In this document: one piece after another, positions 43,325 to 45,231 of the stretch
How the letters are laid out: every line of letters starts with the position of its first letter
Position numbering within the stretch: the stretch's first letter is position 1
Made by a program: the position numbers and the translations under genes
The notes under the pieces: generated by a model
Told to the model about the DNA's origin: nothing
Databases searched by the model: none
What the model saw: the letters and a program-made list of their open reading frames with translations, nothing else
IMG/VR virus record: IMGVR_UViG_3300032053_000151
Length of the DNA: 45,231 bases
DNA from: a virus
Direction: 5' to 3' (one strand)

Positions 43325-44290
43325 TTACGCCGCTCGCCGAATCGGAATGACTTCGGCCAGACGATCTCCGGTGAGGTTCTCCGTCTTCCCGTAGACGATG
43401 CGGCCGTCTTCGAGAGTGATGTTGGCGTGAGAGCGGAACAAGTCTTCCGCCGTCTCGATCAACAACTTCTGCATGAGGTTTGCGTCTCCTGCGGGAACTC
43501 CGTTGGGCTGGATGCACAGACGCTCGATGATCTTCCGAGTCTGCCTGTCGATGACCTTCACGTTGCCGTGCGTGCCGTAGTCAATACGGTAGAGACGACC
43601 CGACGGGGCGTCGACCAAGAAGTACTTGTGGTTCTTCAGGTCGGAGCGCTGCTGGTCGTTCAACATGGAGACGAGAAGCTTCATCGCCGTTTCGTCGGCC
43701 TCTTCCTTCTTCCGTAAGCGAACGCGTTCATCTTCGCGCCAGCGAGCGGTGCGAGCAGCTTCTTCTTCACGCCAGCGAGCTTCGTCGGCTTGACGACGCG
43801 CTGCTTCCACGGGGTCAATGGCGCGACGAGGCCCACGTCCTGCGTACGGATCTGTGTCCTGCCACGTCTCCCAGATGACCTGATTGGTCGTGATGGCGTA
43901 CGTGGGTTGCGTGATGGTGATGCGCTGGTTCCATTGATTCCAGGTCGTAGCGCTACTGAGAAGGCCTCCTGTCCCTAGCCCAGAGCCGACGTCCTGATGC
44001 CAGACGTTCCAGATGGTGTTCGTGCCGGTGTCGCAGCACGTTGAGGCGGTGAGCTGAGTGTTCCACTCCCGCCAGACTTGTTTGATCGTTACGACGCCAC
44101 GTACGTCAGCGCTCGTTGTCTGACTCTCGAGGATCCGACGAGGCTGTGTCTCAACGTCAGGGATCTTCTTCGTCTCCGTCTTGCGATTGCGCGGCAAGGA
44201 ACGCGCTTCTCGAGACTGCTTCAGCCGGTCGAAGATGCCCGGCTTGAAGCGGTCTTTTAGCTTCTGAGCCAGGTTCGCCATCTCAGCCAC
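43325..44290 (-). CDS. Hypothetical protein of 321 aa with three tandem Trp-rich repeats (TIWNVWHQD, TTWNQWNQR, VIWETWQDTD) and a charged R/E coiled segment.
   Basis: Open frame. Repeats are seen in the translation. Confidence 0.45.
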   Translation of the reverse strand: MAEMANLAQKLKDRFKPGIFDRLKQSREARSLPRNRKTETKKIPDVETQPRRILESQTTSADVRGVVTIKQVWREWNTQLTASTCCDTGTNTIWNVWHQDVGSGLGTGGLLSSATTWNQWNQRITITQPTYAITTNQVIWETWQDTDPYAGRGPRRAIDPVEAARRQADEARWREEEAARTARWREDERVRLRKKEEADETAMKLLVSMLNDQQRSDLKNHKYFLVDAPSGRLYRIDYGTHGNVKVIDRQTRKIIERLCIQPNGVPAGDANLMQKLLIETAEDLFRSHANITLEDGRIVYGKTENLTGDRLAEVIPIRRAA

Positions 44291-44549
44291 CAGCGATAGG
44301 TGGGCTCAGGATGATCTTCTCGGCGTCGGGGTCGAACTTGGTGATGACCTCGCCCTTGTCGCCCTTCTTGTTCACCGTGTAGGCGAGGAAGCCCTTCTTC
44401 CGCAGGGCGTCGAACTGCGCCTTCGCAGCCTCGACTTCATCAGGGTTCTTCGGGTCCCAGATGACCTTCGTATCCCCGGTCCCGTCGAGAACGTGAAGCA
44501 TGCCCCTGATGGGGATTCCACCAAACGTCTGCGCGCTCATCTCTCCCAT
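44283..44549 (-). CDS. Hypothetical protein, 88 aa.
   Basis: Coupled open frame. Confidence 0.45.
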   Translation of the reverse strand: MGEMSAQTFGGIPIRGMLHVLDGTGDTKVIWDPKNPDEVEAAKAQFDALRKKGFLAYTVNKKGDKGEVITKFDPDAEKIILSPPIAGG

Positions 44550-44614
44550 TTTTTAGCTCCTTGGTGCCGCTTGAATACCGCTTTTGTTCTGCACTACTTG
44601 TACCACTTGATCGG

Positions 44615-44905
44615 CTACTTCTTCTCGTCGGAAGATTCTACTTTGATCTCGAAGGATACGTCCTCCATAAACTCCAGCTTCTGGACGGCGCGCATGTTGG
44701 CTATCGCCATGCCAGGCGCTTCGTACGTCATGAACCCTCTGGTCCGCTGGGACAACTCAAAGGCGACCCACTCCTCCAACGTCATCGGTTTGAAGTTGGT
44801 GGAGTCGAACAGGCACTTCCGCTGCTGATGAGCCGAACGAGGCGTCTTGCAGTGGACGCACGTTCGCGCTGCCTCCATCTTGGCGCCGTTCTGTTCGTCC
44901 TTCAT
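44615..44905 (-). CDS. Hypothetical protein of 96 aa with a TCVHCK...H..RKCLF motif. It is a paralog of the next gene.
   Basis: ATGA coupling. Motif is shared with the 44902.. gene. Confidence 0.45.
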   Translation of the reverse strand: MKDEQNGAKMEAARTCVHCKTPRSAHQQRKCLFDSTNFKPMTLEEWVAFELSQRTRGFMTYEAPGMAIANMRAVQKLEFMEDVSFEIKVESSDEKK

Positions 44906-45231
44906 GTCTTCGGATCCTCAACGACGACCTTCGTCGGGTCCAAAAGAAGAACCTTCACCTTGCCAGGCTCGTTGTCATCTACTTCCAACGTTGCGTTGCC
45001 GTAGACGTGAAGGTCCATCGCCATGCGTTGAGCGAAGCCTGACTGCTTCAGCTTGTCGCGGATGAAGTCAGCGCCGATTCCACCGAGCTCCGCCCACAGC
45101 TTCTTGCGCCACTCCACCCACTCGGACTGAGACATCGGGTCCCAGGCCGTTGCTTCGAAGAGACACTTCTCCTGTGCGTGTTCGTCCGCTGTTTTCTTGC
45201 AGTGACGACACGTCGGGACGAAGTTCTCAAT
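44902..45231 (-). CDS. Hypothetical protein, 5'-truncated at the window edge. It has a PTCRHCKKTADEHAQEKCLF motif and is a paralog of the 44615..44905 gene.
   Basis: The frame stays open to the window end upstream of the annotated Met. Confidence 0.45.
   Translation of the reverse strand: MENFVPTCRHCKKTADEHAQEKCLFEATAWDPMSQSEWVEWRKKLWAELGGIGADFIRDKLKQSGFAQRMAMDLHVYGNATLEVDDNEPGKVKVLLLDPTKVVVEDPKT

Noticed and set aside
45048-45230. 60-aa minus-strand ORF at the window edge
   Set aside because: It is in a different frame from the continuous motif-bearing frame that runs to the window end. It is Arg/Ser-rich and probably spurious.
1-45231. CRISPR arrays, integrase and att sites, insertion sequence elements
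   Set aside because: No regularly spaced short direct repeats, no tyrosine or serine recombinase, and no transposase-like ORF were seen. tRNA and tmRNA 3' ends are classic attachment sites, but without an integrase or duplicated 3' tRNA fragment I do not call prophage boundaries.

Overview
This 45.2-kb, high-GC window looks like part of a large tailed-phage or prophage genome. No integrase or attachment site is visible, so I do not claim prophage boundaries. It falls into three transcriptional blocks.

Block 1 (852..13840, minus strand) is a long run of short, translationally coupled genes with overlapping ATGA start/stop junctions. Their products are mostly unknown. Within and beside this run are:
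- an Fe-S DinG/XPD-type helicase, an XRE-type helix-turn-helix regulator, a zinc-ribbon (zf-trcl-like) protein, a HAD-like hydrolase and secreted or membrane proteins;
- a 905-aa gene whose product I read as a full-length major vault protein (MVP) homolog;
- a compact minus-strand RNA cluster: tmRNA (ssrA), tRNA-Met(CAT), tRNA-Ser(TGA), a degenerate tRNA-like element and tRNA-Ala(TGC).

Block 2 (13947..35623, plus strand) is a tail and baseplate module:
- a tail-assembly chaperone pair with a textbook -1 programmed frameshift signal (AAATTTC, then an 11-bp stem);
- a 1284-aa Gly/Met/Ala-rich tape-measure-like protein;
- a hub-like 844-aa protein, an embedded sigma-70-family protein and an M15 (VanY-like) peptidase;
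- a gp25/GpW-like wedge protein and a baseplate-J-like protein;
- an 875-aa protein with four internal repeats and a 1178-aa fibre with a C-terminal Kelch-type propeller;
- two membrane coiled-coil (spanin-like) proteins.

Block 3 (35655..45231, minus strand, plus one plus-strand nuclease gene) is a nucleotide-metabolism and recombination module:
- a staphylococcal-nuclease-like gene (plus strand);
- a Bro-N/KilA-C antirepressor;
- DUF5664-like and DUF2493/SLOG-like proteins;
- a class II ribonucleotide reductase and a RuvC-like resolvase;
- tandem paralogous Cys-motif proteins at the window edge.

The window holds no CRISPR array, no rRNA and no obvious transposase.

All homology calls rest on motifs I recognised by eye. 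I ran no searches.
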